From positions 1-58,574 of the forward strand of contig CAYMZD010000002.1 of NCBI GenBank assembly GCA_964394855.1: a stretch of 58,574 bases of DNA, read 5' to 3'. A program made the translations under genes and the position numbers. The DNA is from an uncultured Gammaproteobacteria bacterium (lineage in GTDB: Bacteria; Patescibacteriota; Microgenomatia; Daviesbacterales; UBA10151). A model generated the notes under the pieces. The model searched no databases. It had not been told where the DNA came from and worked only from the letters and a program-made list of their open reading frames with translations. Below, piece after piece: positions 18,445-26,956 of this stretch; position 1 is the stretch's first letter; each line of letters starts with the position of its first letter.

Positions 18445-19461
18445 CTATTTTTTTAAACCAAATATCCTGGTAAGGAGTCCTGTAGCTCCTTCTGTGGTTG
18501 CTTTTTTACCTTCATCTGCTGCCTTTGAAGGCATAATCCTCTCGCTTCCCACCAAAGCTTTTCCACCATATAGCTCTGACTCTAAACTAACTTGCATTAA
18601 CCTTTCGGCTAAGGTTAAAGCGATCTGAGCTTCCGTTGGGCTTAAGCCTTGATTTTGTAAATGGGTTTTAATTTCTTCATCCCTACTGATGCCAGTAGTG
18701 GCCGAATACGCCTCTTTCACTCCTTTACTAAAATAACCACCTCTTTCAGTCCTGTGGGTAGCGGGGTTTTGTATTGTTGTGGGGGTTTGTTTGATCATCT
18801 CTATGGCTACCCCAATGCCAGATAGACCAGCCTGCGGACCAAGGGTTAAAGGAAACATCCCCTGGCCTGCTATTAAGTGACCAGTTCTTAGGTTGTCCAT
18901 ACCAGCCAGGGCTTTTGTTTTCTCTTTCACAAAATCGTCTTTTAATCTTAAGAATTTTGGTTTGTCTTCCTCGGACCAAAAAGATTTAAACCATGACCGA
19001 TACAGTGAATCCAAGCCTATCCTGGCCGCGCCATACTCCCCTAAAGTTTTATTCTCTGCAGGACTACCTAGCGTGGCTCGATTGATCATCATGGCCAGTT
19101 CTTGTTGCGCTATATCATCAATACCACCCATTGTATTTTCACCCAACCATAAATCTGCACTTAATTTTTGGATCTTATCTGCCATTGGTAAGGCTGGATT
19201 TATCTCATCGGCAGGCTCGAAACGTTGATAAAATTCAGGCGGAGAACTGGAAAAGGGATCCCACCTAACGCGAATTTCTGGACGTTGAGGATCTTTTAAA
19301 TAAAAGGTTGATCTACCACCCTTTTTTTCTTCCTCAAATAATAAATTACCCACCCGACCAGTTTCTCTGGCTTTTTTTAAGGCCCTGGCGGTTTGGTCCT
19401 CAATCCCTAAATCCTTTGGTGTTAAACCTAATTCTGCTGGGTCTGGCCCATCTTCAGCCAT
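18445..19461 (-). CDS. Hypothetical protein, antiparallel within the T4SS cluster
   Basis: 338-codon ORF with TGcTATAAT 6 nt before ATG. Confidence 0.75.
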   Translation of the reverse strand: MAEDGPDPAELGLTPKDLGIEDQTARALKKARETGRVGNLLFEEEKKGGRSTFYLKDPQRPEIRVRWDPFSSSPPEFYQRFEPADEINPALPMADKIQKLSADLWLGENTMGGIDDIAQQELAMMINRATLGSPAENKTLGEYGAARIGLDSLYRSWFKSFWSEEDKPKFLRLKDDFVKEKTKALAGMDNLRTGHLIAGQGMFPLTLGPQAGLSGIGVAIEMIKQTPTTIQNPATHRTERGGYFSKGVKEAYSATTGISRDEEIKTHLQNQGLSPTEAQIALTLAERLMQVSLESELYGGKALVGSERIMPSKAADEGKKATTEGATGLLTRIFGLKK

Positions 19462-19557
19462 GATAACATTATAGCATAAGTGCAGGAGAAAGTCCTAAAA
19501 TGACCTATTGTTAGCCCCTAGACAATACTTTTTTCACGAGGTATATATTGTATACTT

Positions 19558-20577
19558 ATGGAAGCGCATCCCATTCCCCAAAATGTTACTTCTTTTCAGT
19601 TTAAGCTGGTGGGAGATATGACCTTAAAACAGTTTATTTACCTTTCATCAGGCATGGGAATAGCTTATTTAACTTTTGTGCTTCTGGCTGCCCCGGCTCC
19701 GCTTTTAGCCTGGCCTTTAATTTTTTTATTCGCCTTTTTGGGAATTGCTTTAGCCTTTATCCCCATTACAGACAGGCCCCTGGATCATTGGCTTAAGGCT
19801 TTTTTAAGAGCTGTTTATTTACCCACCAAAAGAGTTTGGCAAAAACAGGGGCGAGCTTTTCCCCAAAATCCTCTTTTCCTGAATAGGCTGAATGTTTATC
19901 TATCCACCCAAGGGGAGATTAAAAACCCCATACCCATACCCCTGGCCACCCCAGCTTTATCCATTCCCCTGCCCAAAACCGTTATTTCGACCGGGCCAAG
20001 TCTGCCTACTCCAGAAGAGCTCACCAAAACAGTCAAATTAGCCCAACAGGCTCAAAGCTTGCAGGTAAAAATTATTGAGGGAGAAAGGGAGCTTAAACAA
20101 ATCAAACAATCTATGGACGCAGAAAAGTTTAATGTTGTTTTTGCTAATTTGCAAAATTTGGTCCAAGATGCCCAACAAATTAGGCAACAACTGGCTCAAG
20201 TCACCAAGGAGGAGCCACTAAAGGAAGCACCTAAACTCAAAGTGGAGGTGGTACCTGCTCCCAAACCCAAACAAACCAAGTTAGTGCTAACTACCGCACC
20301 TAATGTGATCAATGGCATTGTGGTAGATGCTGAAAATAATTATTTGGAAGGGGTGGTGGTGGTTATCCATGACAAAGAAGGCTTACCTGTCAGGGCCTTA
20401 AAAACGAACAAGCTGGGTCAGTTTACAGGTTCAACCCCTCTGGCAAATGGTAGTTATACTATTGAACTGGAAAAAGACAACCTTATTTTTGATTTATTAA
20501 AAATTGAGCTAGATGGCAAAATTTTACCACCCTTAACAATTGCTGCCAAAAGAGTCTATGGAAACAACCCAAACTAA
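19558..20577 (+). CDS. PrgI/VirB3-like membrane protein with coiled coil and C-terminal carboxypeptidase-regulatory-like domain
   Basis: HPIPQNVTSFQFKLVGDMTLKQF, two TM helices, TNKLGQF...GSYTI. Confidence 0.8.
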   Translation: MEAHPIPQNVTSFQFKLVGDMTLKQFIYLSSGMGIAYLTFVLLAAPAPLLAWPLIFLFAFLGIALAFIPITDRPLDHWLKAFLRAVYLPTKRVWQKQGRAFPQNPLFLNRLNVYLSTQGEIKNPIPIPLATPALSIPLPKTVISTGPSLPTPEELTKTVKLAQQAQSLQVKIIEGERELKQIKQSMDAEKFNVVFANLQNLVQDAQQIRQQLAQVTKEEPLKEAPKLKVEVVPAPKPKQTKLVLTTAPNVINGIVVDAENNYLEGVVVVIHDKEGLPVRALKTNKLGQFTGSTPLANGSYTIELEKDNLIFDLLKIELDGKILPPLTIAAKRVYGNNPN

Positions 20578-21295
20578 TCTGACCATAGTAGATATTAGAG
20601 AGGATATTGTCCTGCTAAAAGATGGGGGGGCAGCTCTAGTCTTGCAAACAACAGCTGTCAATTTTGGGCTTTTGTCCGAGATTGAACAAATGTCCATTAT
20701 TACCGCCTTTGGTCAGATGTTAAACTCACTATCTTATTCCATCCAAATAATTATTCGCTCCAAAAGACTTGATATCAGCTCTTATTTGGGTTTATTGGAT
20801 AGGGCCTTAAAATTGCAAACTAGCCCCCTATTTTCACAACTGATGGCCAGATATAGACAATTTGTCCAATCTTTAATCAAAGAAAAAGAGGTGTTGGATA
20901 AAAATTTTTATGTAGTCATTCCTCTTTCCCGTTTTGAGCTGGGGATTCGAATCACTAGCGCTGATAGATTAAAAAAAAGCGTGGCTATGTTACAGCCTAG
21001 AAAAGATCAGATAGCCAAACAGTTGAGTAGGGTAGGTTTAAAAGCTACTCAACTGGGCAATAAAGCTCTATTACAACTTTTTTACGACATCTATAATCCT
21101 CCAGATAACAATCAGCTCTTTTTACCAACTACCAACTTAGCTACTCCTGGCTTATCACTCAATATTCCCCAAACAGCCCCCCCACCACCCCCACCACCAA
21201 TAGCTAAACCTTTACCAGACCAACCCCCTCCCATCATCAGCCAATCATCAAAAACCCACCCCTTTGTGGTGGAAGAGTTAGCAGATACCTTATGA
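20558..21295 (+). CDS. VirB4-associated (TraC N-terminal-like) protein
   Basis: DIREDIVLLKDG..VNFGLLSE.EQ..LNSL pattern directly upstream of the ATPase; Pro-rich tail. Confidence 0.65.
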   Translation: METTQTNLTIVDIREDIVLLKDGGAALVLQTTAVNFGLLSEIEQMSIITAFGQMLNSLSYSIQIIIRSKRLDISSYLGLLDRALKLQTSPLFSQLMARYRQFVQSLIKEKEVLDKNFYVVIPLSRFELGIRITSADRLKKSVAMLQPRKDQIAKQLSRVGLKATQLGNKALLQLFYDIYNPPDNNQLFLPTTNLATPGLSLNIPQTAPPPPPPPIAKPLPDQPPPIISQSSKTHPFVVEELADTL

Positions 21296-23082
21296 AATTA
21301 AACATCTTTGCCAAGTCCCAAATCAGCCAAGAAAGCCCCACTCCTCAACTAACCGTCAAGGATGTATTGGCACCTCCAGAGATAGAGATAGATTTCAATC
21401 ATCTAAGAATTGGTGATAACTTCTACAGAACTTATTTCATGTCAGGATACCCACGTTTTGCAGAACCAAATTGGCTAGAACCATTAATTTCTTTTGACCA
21501 CCCCTTAACCGTTTCTATGTTTATCTATCCCACCCAGTCTAAGGGGGTGTTAGATGATTTAAAAAGAAAAGTTGCCGAAATGGAAGCCACCATTCAAACC
21601 GACATTGAAAGAGGCAGGGTGGTTGATCCGGCAGTACAAGTGGCCTTGGATGATGCCCAATCCCTACAAGAACAACTGGTAAAAGGGGCAGAAAGGTTTT
21701 TTGACTTTGCACTTTATGTGACCATACCAGCTCAAAGCAAGGAACAACTCAACAATGTCTCTAAATTAATTGAAAGTACTTTAAGCTCTTTGTCAATTAC
21801 ACCAAAACCTACCACTCTTCAAATGGAAGATGGTTTTATCACCACCTTACCTATTGGACAAGATCAACTGACTTTAACCCATAACATGGATACTACCTCC
21901 CTAGCCACCACTTTTCCTTTTACTTCATCAGAGCTAACAGCCAATGAAGGAATTATGTATGGTATTAACGAGCACAACGGCTCCTTAATACTATTTGATC
22001 GCTTTACCCTGGAAAATTCCAATGAGGTAGTTTTTGCTAAAGCTGGCGCTGGTAAAAGTTATTTAGTGAAGTTAGAGGTGCTTCGCTCCCTCATGTTTGG
22101 CACGGAAATTTTGGTTATTGATCCGGAGGCAGAATATTTACCCCTTTGCCAGGCAGTGGGAGGACAATATGTTAACTTCTCCACCTCCTCTCCTGTCAAA
22201 ATTAACCCTTTTGATATGTCGGGAATTTTAGTTCCGGGAGAGAACGAGTTAGGTAGAAAGATCCTTTCTCTCACCTCTTTTTTGAAATTGGTTTTGGGAA
22301 ACTTAAATCCCACCGAAAGTGCTGTTTTAGACAGAGCCTTAAAACAAACTTATCACCTAAAAGGCATCACTGACGACCCCAAAACTCAAATAAGCTCACC
22401 AGCTGGCTCGCCTCGCGAAGCTGGCGAAGCGGGCGGACCGCCCTTAATGGAAGATTTGTATAAAGTTTTAATCGGCATGGAGGAAAAAGTGGCGCTAGAT
22501 TTGGCAGAGCGACTAGAGAGATTTGTTAAAGGGTCTCTCTCTGGTATCTTTTCTTCTCCCTCGAATATTACCTTAACCAACTCTTTTACTGTTTTTTCTA
22601 TTCGGGATGTGGTAGAGGAACTGCGACCTTTAGCCATGTATATGATTTTGGAGTTTGTCTGGACAAAAATTCGCTCCAAGCTTAAAAAAAGAATTTTAGT
22701 GGTGGATGAAGCCTGGTATTTAATGAGAACTGAAGATTCTGCCAATTTTTTAATAGACATTGCTAAAAGAGCCCGCAAATATTACTTGGGGCTGATAACT
22801 ATTACTCAAGACGTGGAAGATTTCTTAAGTAGTGATCGGGGCAAAGAAATCATTTCCAACTCCTCAATTCAAGTGCTGTTAAAACAATCACCTGCCTCAA
22901 TTGACAGAATAGGAGAAGTTTTTTATCTCTCTGAAGGAGAAAAAAGATTGCTTCTTTCGGCTGGTGTGGGACAGGGACTTTTCTTTGCCGGACCAACACA
23001 TGTAGCCATGTCTGTGGTGGCATCCCCTGAAGAACACCAGCTGGTTACCTCTAATCCGGCAGACATACTGGCCCGTCAGTAA
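21292..23082 (+). CDS. virB4: VirB4-like ATPase
   Basis: Walker A AKAGAGKS, VIDPEAEY, INPFD, Walker B ILVVDEAW, KRARKY, ITQDVEDF. Confidence 0.92.
   Translation: MKLNIFAKSQISQESPTPQLTVKDVLAPPEIEIDFNHLRIGDNFYRTYFMSGYPRFAEPNWLEPLISFDHPLTVSMFIYPTQSKGVLDDLKRKVAEMEATIQTDIERGRVVDPAVQVALDDAQSLQEQLVKGAERFFDFALYVTIPAQSKEQLNNVSKLIESTLSSLSITPKPTTLQMEDGFITTLPIGQDQLTLTHNMDTTSLATTFPFTSSELTANEGIMYGINEHNGSLILFDRFTLENSNEVVFAKAGAGKSYLVKLEVLRSLMFGTEILVIDPEAEYLPLCQAVGGQYVNFSTSSPVKINPFDMSGILVPGENELGRKILSLTSFLKLVLGNLNPTESAVLDRALKQTYHLKGITDDPKTQISSPAGSPREAGEAGGPPLMEDLYKVLIGMEEKVALDLAERLERFVKGSLSGIFSSPSNITLTNSFTVFSIRDVVEELRPLAMYMILEFVWTKIRSKLKKRILVVDEAWYLMRTEDSANFLIDIAKRARKYYLGLITITQDVEDFLSSDRGKEIISNSSIQVLLKQSPASIDRIGEVFYLSEGEKRLLLSAGVGQGLFFAGPTHVAMSVVASPEEHQLVTSNPADILARQ
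22395..22437. repeat. Intragenic palindromic element in virB4
   Basis: GC-rich in-frame segment (SPAGSPREAGEAGG); its reverse complement matches the rnhA insert at 29 of 31 nt. Confidence 0.85.
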
Positions 23083-23107
23083 ATATAGTGATATTATAAA
23101 AAAGATT

Positions 23108-24796
23108 ATGGCTGCCCTTAACACCAGGTTCTACAAAGATACTTTAGAGCTTTTAAGACTTTATAACACTAATCCTAGTTTTAAAACCTCTTTTTTAAGG
23201 CTGTTAAATAGGTTCAAGGTGGTTTATAAAGGCCGTCCCTTAAAACTTTACATTCGTTTACTAGCCAGCATTGACTCTCAATATAAAAAATATACCTCTT
23301 TGCCAGTTAACAGCGAAGTGGTGGGCGAGCTATTGGAAAAGTTTTATTTAAACCGCTTTAGTTTTAGAAGGCTGGAAGATGGTGTCAAACAAAACCTTGA
23401 GTTGTGGCCGCCAACAGAAGCCCAAGAAATGACCAGGGTTGACTCTTTGCCAGATGGTGAAGAAAAAATTAAGTTATTTGAGGAGATGGAAGAGAGTCCA
23501 CCATCCAAGACCACACTCCCGCCTCCTACTCAACCACCCATAACTCTTCCCCCCACACCCTCAACCCAACTTCCCCCAAGATCAGATTTGGCCACCGGGC
23601 TGATTAATACTGGTTCAACTTTTACTCATGCTACCACCAAGCTGTTGAATAGTTTTAGTAAGGCTAGCCCTTTAAAATTCTTTCAAAGTAAAATGAAACT
23701 AATTATTATCAGCATCTTAGTTAGTATGGCTCTGCTGATTGTTTTAACGTATCAGCTATCTAGCTTCCAAGGGACATATACCCCAGCCTCGAGTAGTGTT
23801 ACCCTACCAGGACCAATAACCGGCAGCAGCACCATTGGCCCGGGGGCTGTGGTTAGTTTAGACTATACCCTACCCCTAAGAAATAACTCCGTAGTACCAC
23901 AAGATATCAGATCAACCATTTTACAAAGCTGGCCCAATGCTCAAATTAATAACTGGCAAATAATTATTGACCAAGCCGTAGCCAATAATTGGAATCCAGC
24001 CCTGGTTTTGGCTTTATGGATAGAAGAGTCAGGAGCCCAGGGTGTCAGTCAATACGCTGATCCACTGGGCTGTGCTCCTGGCCAACCCACCGACGATATC
24101 AATACCAGCTTGCAGTGCCTATTTAATAACTTTGAAAGGTATGACGATGGTCAATTTGCAGAATTTATGGCTACTTATTCTGGGGGGGGCGTTAATAACC
24201 CTTTTGCCAATAACCCTAATTTTCCCGTCAATCTTAAATATTGGTACTCTCTGCTGGTCCCTTCTGGAGATGGTTCTTTGCAAGAAGTGTCGCCCACAGC
24301 AGGTTTAGCAGCTTCATGTCTGGTACCTGGAGGAAGAATAATTACCCACTCCTATCAGGCAGATCCTATTTATGGACATTGTGGCACTTATTATGGCTTT
24401 AGTTGTAACTGCGGCAGTGGGGGGAGAAGAGCAAAGGCTATTGATGTAGCCACTGCTGGCCAAAATGTAGTTTTACCAACAATTGAGGGTCAACAGGTGA
24501 TGTGGAAGTTAATTATCAGGGGATACCCTGTGGATTCTGGTGAGGGTGGGGGTGTGGGACATATATTTGAAGCGGAGCTAGGTGGCGATCGGTGGTATTT
24601 AGATATGTTACACTTACAACAAACCTCCTTAAGCTTGGGGGGCAGCTATCCTTCTGGTACTGTGGTTGGTCTGGTGGTGAGCGAACATGTCCATACCACT
24701 ATTGGTAAAAACATCGCTTATCCCAATGGTCCGGGTAGCTCATTAACTGACTGTGACAATGGGTGGTTACCGTCTGATTTTATGTGTAGCCAATGA
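23108..24796 (+). CDS. Membrane-anchored putative peptidoglycan hydrolase (lysozyme-like plus M23-like domains)
   Basis: Pro/Thr linker, TM helix, NPALVLALWIEESG, AIDVA..MLHL..HVH. Confidence 0.6.
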   Translation: MAALNTRFYKDTLELLRLYNTNPSFKTSFLRLLNRFKVVYKGRPLKLYIRLLASIDSQYKKYTSLPVNSEVVGELLEKFYLNRFSFRRLEDGVKQNLELWPPTEAQEMTRVDSLPDGEEKIKLFEEMEESPPSKTTLPPPTQPPITLPPTPSTQLPPRSDLATGLINTGSTFTHATTKLLNSFSKASPLKFFQSKMKLIIISILVSMALLIVLTYQLSSFQGTYTPASSSVTLPGPITGSSTIGPGAVVSLDYTLPLRNNSVVPQDIRSTILQSWPNAQINNWQIIIDQAVANNWNPALVLALWIEESGAQGVSQYADPLGCAPGQPTDDINTSLQCLFNNFERYDDGQFAEFMATYSGGGVNNPFANNPNFPVNLKYWYSLLVPSGDGSLQEVSPTAGLAASCLVPGGRIITHSYQADPIYGHCGTYYGFSCNCGSGGRRAKAIDVATAGQNVVLPTIEGQQVMWKLIIRGYPVDSGEGGGVGHIFEAELGGDRWYLDMLHLQQTSLSLGGSYPSGTVVGLVVSEHVHTTIGKNIAYPNGPGSSLTDCDNGWLPSDFMCSQ

Positions 24797-25221
24797 AAAA
24801 TAATCTAAAAATTATCATATTTATAATAATACTTGCGCTAGTTGGTTTTGCCTTCAAACAAAAACAGCCAGCAGTTGTGCCCACCCCACAGGATGAATTA
24901 GAGATTATCTCCACCACTCCCCACCCCCTTGAGGAGGCCACTATTTTACCAACTCAAAGCATTGAAGTTACTTTTAACAAGCCCTTGTTCGTGAGTGAAT
25001 TCAAACATAAATTTGACCCCGAAATAGAACACCAGGTAGAAGCGATAAATAGTCAGTCTACCAACTTTGGTCAAACACTTAGAATAGTCTTTACCAAACC
25101 CCTACAACTGGGCAGCGGCTATACCCTGTTTATTCTGCCTAACACCCACAGTGAAGATGGTCTAAAATTGGGGCGGGATGTTATCTACCACTTCAAAACC
25201 ATTGACTATCGTGGGGTTTAA
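24793..25221 (+). CDS. Exported Ig-like (Big_5/SbsA-type) domain protein
   Basis: N-terminal TM, IISTTP, IEVTFNKP, L..GSGYTL...FKT. Confidence 0.7.
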   Translation: MKNNLKIIIFIIILALVGFAFKQKQPAVVPTPQDELEIISTTPHPLEEATILPTQSIEVTFNKPLFVSEFKHKFDPEIEHQVEAINSQSTNFGQTLRIVFTKPLQLGSGYTLFILPNTHSEDGLKLGRDVIYHFKTIDYRGV

Positions 25222-26342
25222 GATTGCCTCACCGGCATAATAATGTACTCCAATCCTTCTACACCCACAGGTTTTAACAAGGTGGGGCTCAACTCACCTG
25301 AAAACTCCAAAATCACTTTTTGGCAAGAAGGAGCAGAGACAGCATCAATTAAAAATTTGGTGTTAAAAGCCACAACTAGCTCTTTTCCCTCTACATCTGC
25401 CTCAATCTCGTTTTCTTGACTGCCTAACTCTTTGGCTTCTGATGAGAGGACTAAACCATGACCATGAACCTTTAAACTAACCATATTAGCTTCTGGCCTG
25501 GCAAAAACAGAGGCTAATTTTAAAGCTTGCAAAAGTTCGCTTCTGCTGACAATTACTCTGGCCACTACTTCAGAGGGGATAATTTTTTCCCAGGCAGGAA
25601 AACTTCCCTCAATAAGCCTTGACGAAACAATTGTCTGGCCAATTTTAAAAATGGCCTGGTTTTGGTTAGGGGCGGTTGAGATCTCCACCGCCTCCATGTT
25701 ATCTGTTTTACCGGTAGGTAAGTCTTCACCTAAAATCCGGATGACTTCCTCAAAAGTTCTTTTGGGAATTAAGCTTTTAAAGTTTGTTTTGGGGTCGTTT
25801 AACTTAACTTGGCGGTGGGCCAACCTGAAACCGTCTGTGGCCACAAAATCTAAAATACCACCCTTGGCTTCTGTTAAAATACCCGTCAAAATGGGCCTGC
25901 CTTCGTCTGCTGCTGCAGCAAAAAGAATGGTGGAGGTGGATGATAGTGCTTCTTTGGGAAAACTGACCCCCTTTTCTGGCGATAAGGGGATCACGGGAAA
26001 TTCACTAGCAGAAATACCACTAATCTTAGCCCTAAACCTACCTGTTGAAACACTCATTAGCTGCTCCACCACTTCTATGGTTATTTTGGCGCCACCCAAG
26101 CCAGCAACAATATCCACCAGTGTCTTTGCTGGAACTGTTATTTCTCCTTCTGTTAACACTTCAGCGGAAACGAGTTTAATCACCCCAATTTCTAAATTAG
26201 TGGCAGCTATTTTAACTCTTGCTCCGTCACTAGCCAAATAAAGGTTGCTCAATACTGGTAGAGTGGGGTGAACACCAACAGAGCGCGCTACAGCCTGAAG
26301 TGTGGGCAAGAAGTCTTGTTGGAGTATGGAAAATTTCATCAC
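25218..26342 (-). CDS. dnaN: DNA polymerase III beta clamp
   Basis: ATNLEIG, GRPILTG, VATDGFRLA, SRLIEGSFP, FNTKFLIDA, YIIMPVR. Confidence 0.97.
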   Translation of the reverse strand: MMKFSILQQDFLPTLQAVARSVGVHPTLPVLSNLYLASDGARVKIAATNLEIGVIKLVSAEVLTEGEITVPAKTLVDIVAGLGGAKITIEVVEQLMSVSTGRFRAKISGISASEFPVIPLSPEKGVSFPKEALSSTSTILFAAAADEGRPILTGILTEAKGGILDFVATDGFRLAHRQVKLNDPKTNFKSLIPKRTFEEVIRILGEDLPTGKTDNMEAVEISTAPNQNQAIFKIGQTIVSSRLIEGSFPAWEKIIPSEVVARVIVSRSELLQALKLASVFARPEANMVSLKVHGHGLVLSSEAKELGSQENEIEADVEGKELVVAFNTKFLIDAVSAPSCQKVILEFSGELSPTLLKPVGVEGLEYIIMPVRQS

Positions 26343-26797
26343 TGTTCCCTTTGGTGGGCATCAATAAAGCTTTGTATCTCTTCTTCTGTCACTTTAATCA
26401 ACCTAAAATTGACTCTGCCAGCAATAATTAGGTTTTTAATGTGTTTTTCTTCATCTGTCAAGACATGGCTTTCTCCTGATTTTACCTCAATAAAATCAAT
26501 CTTGCTGTTGTTTTTAATACCAATAAAGTCAATTGGCCAACCCAGTGGAATAATTCTATCATAATCATACCGTAGCTCGGCATAGGTTAAAAGCTCCGCC
26601 ATTTTACCTTTTTGTGGGTTAATCGAGCCCTGAATCACTTGTAAAACTTTACCAGGCAATTCCTGCACCCCTTGATACAAGGCTATTAAATCCGTGGGTA
26701 TATTGTCTTTTGGTTTTCCGTGAAGGCGTCCAAAAAGATAAGCAATAATAATTGCGGCAGTTATAACAATAAGTAAAGTCCAGTTTAAATCAATCAT
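26339..26797 (-). CDS. Membrane-anchored Holliday junction resolvase-like endonuclease (PD-(D/E)XK)
   Basis: N-terminal TM; GK.AE, LG.PIDFIG, FIEVKSG motifs; start set at the ATG of MIDLNW. Confidence 0.75.
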   Translation of the reverse strand: MIDLNWTLLIVITAAIIIAYLFGRLHGKPKDNIPTDLIALYQGVQELPGKVLQVIQGSINPQKGKMAELLTYAELRYDYDRIIPLGWPIDFIGIKNNSKIDFIEVKSGESHVLTDEEKHIKNLIIAGRVNFRLIKVTEEEIQSFIDAHQREQ

Positions 26798-26809
26798 ATT
26801 TATCAACAA

Positions 26810-26956
26810 TTCATTCGATTATACACTATTTTTTAAAACAGTAGTATTATTTATATAGTCGGTGGATATGTGGAAAACTATTAATTTCTTATTTAGAATT
26901 CGCCTTAATTTTGTGTTGAAATGATGTTTAAAAAAGGTGGATAATTTGTGGATAAG
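26810..26956. other. Putative oriC, downstream of dnaA
   Basis: AT-rich gap with TGTGGATAA (26947-26955), GGTGGATAA (26936-26944), TGTGGAAAA (26869-26877), GGTGGATAT (26861-26869). Confidence 0.8.

Noticed and set aside
21170-21240. C-rich run encoding PPPPPPP
   Set aside because: An ordinary Pro-rich linker; not a homopolymer phase-variation tract.
14137-25221. Integrative conjugative element or prophage
   Set aside because: No integrase, relaxase, att duplication or phage structural genes were seen; it is contiguous with core genes.
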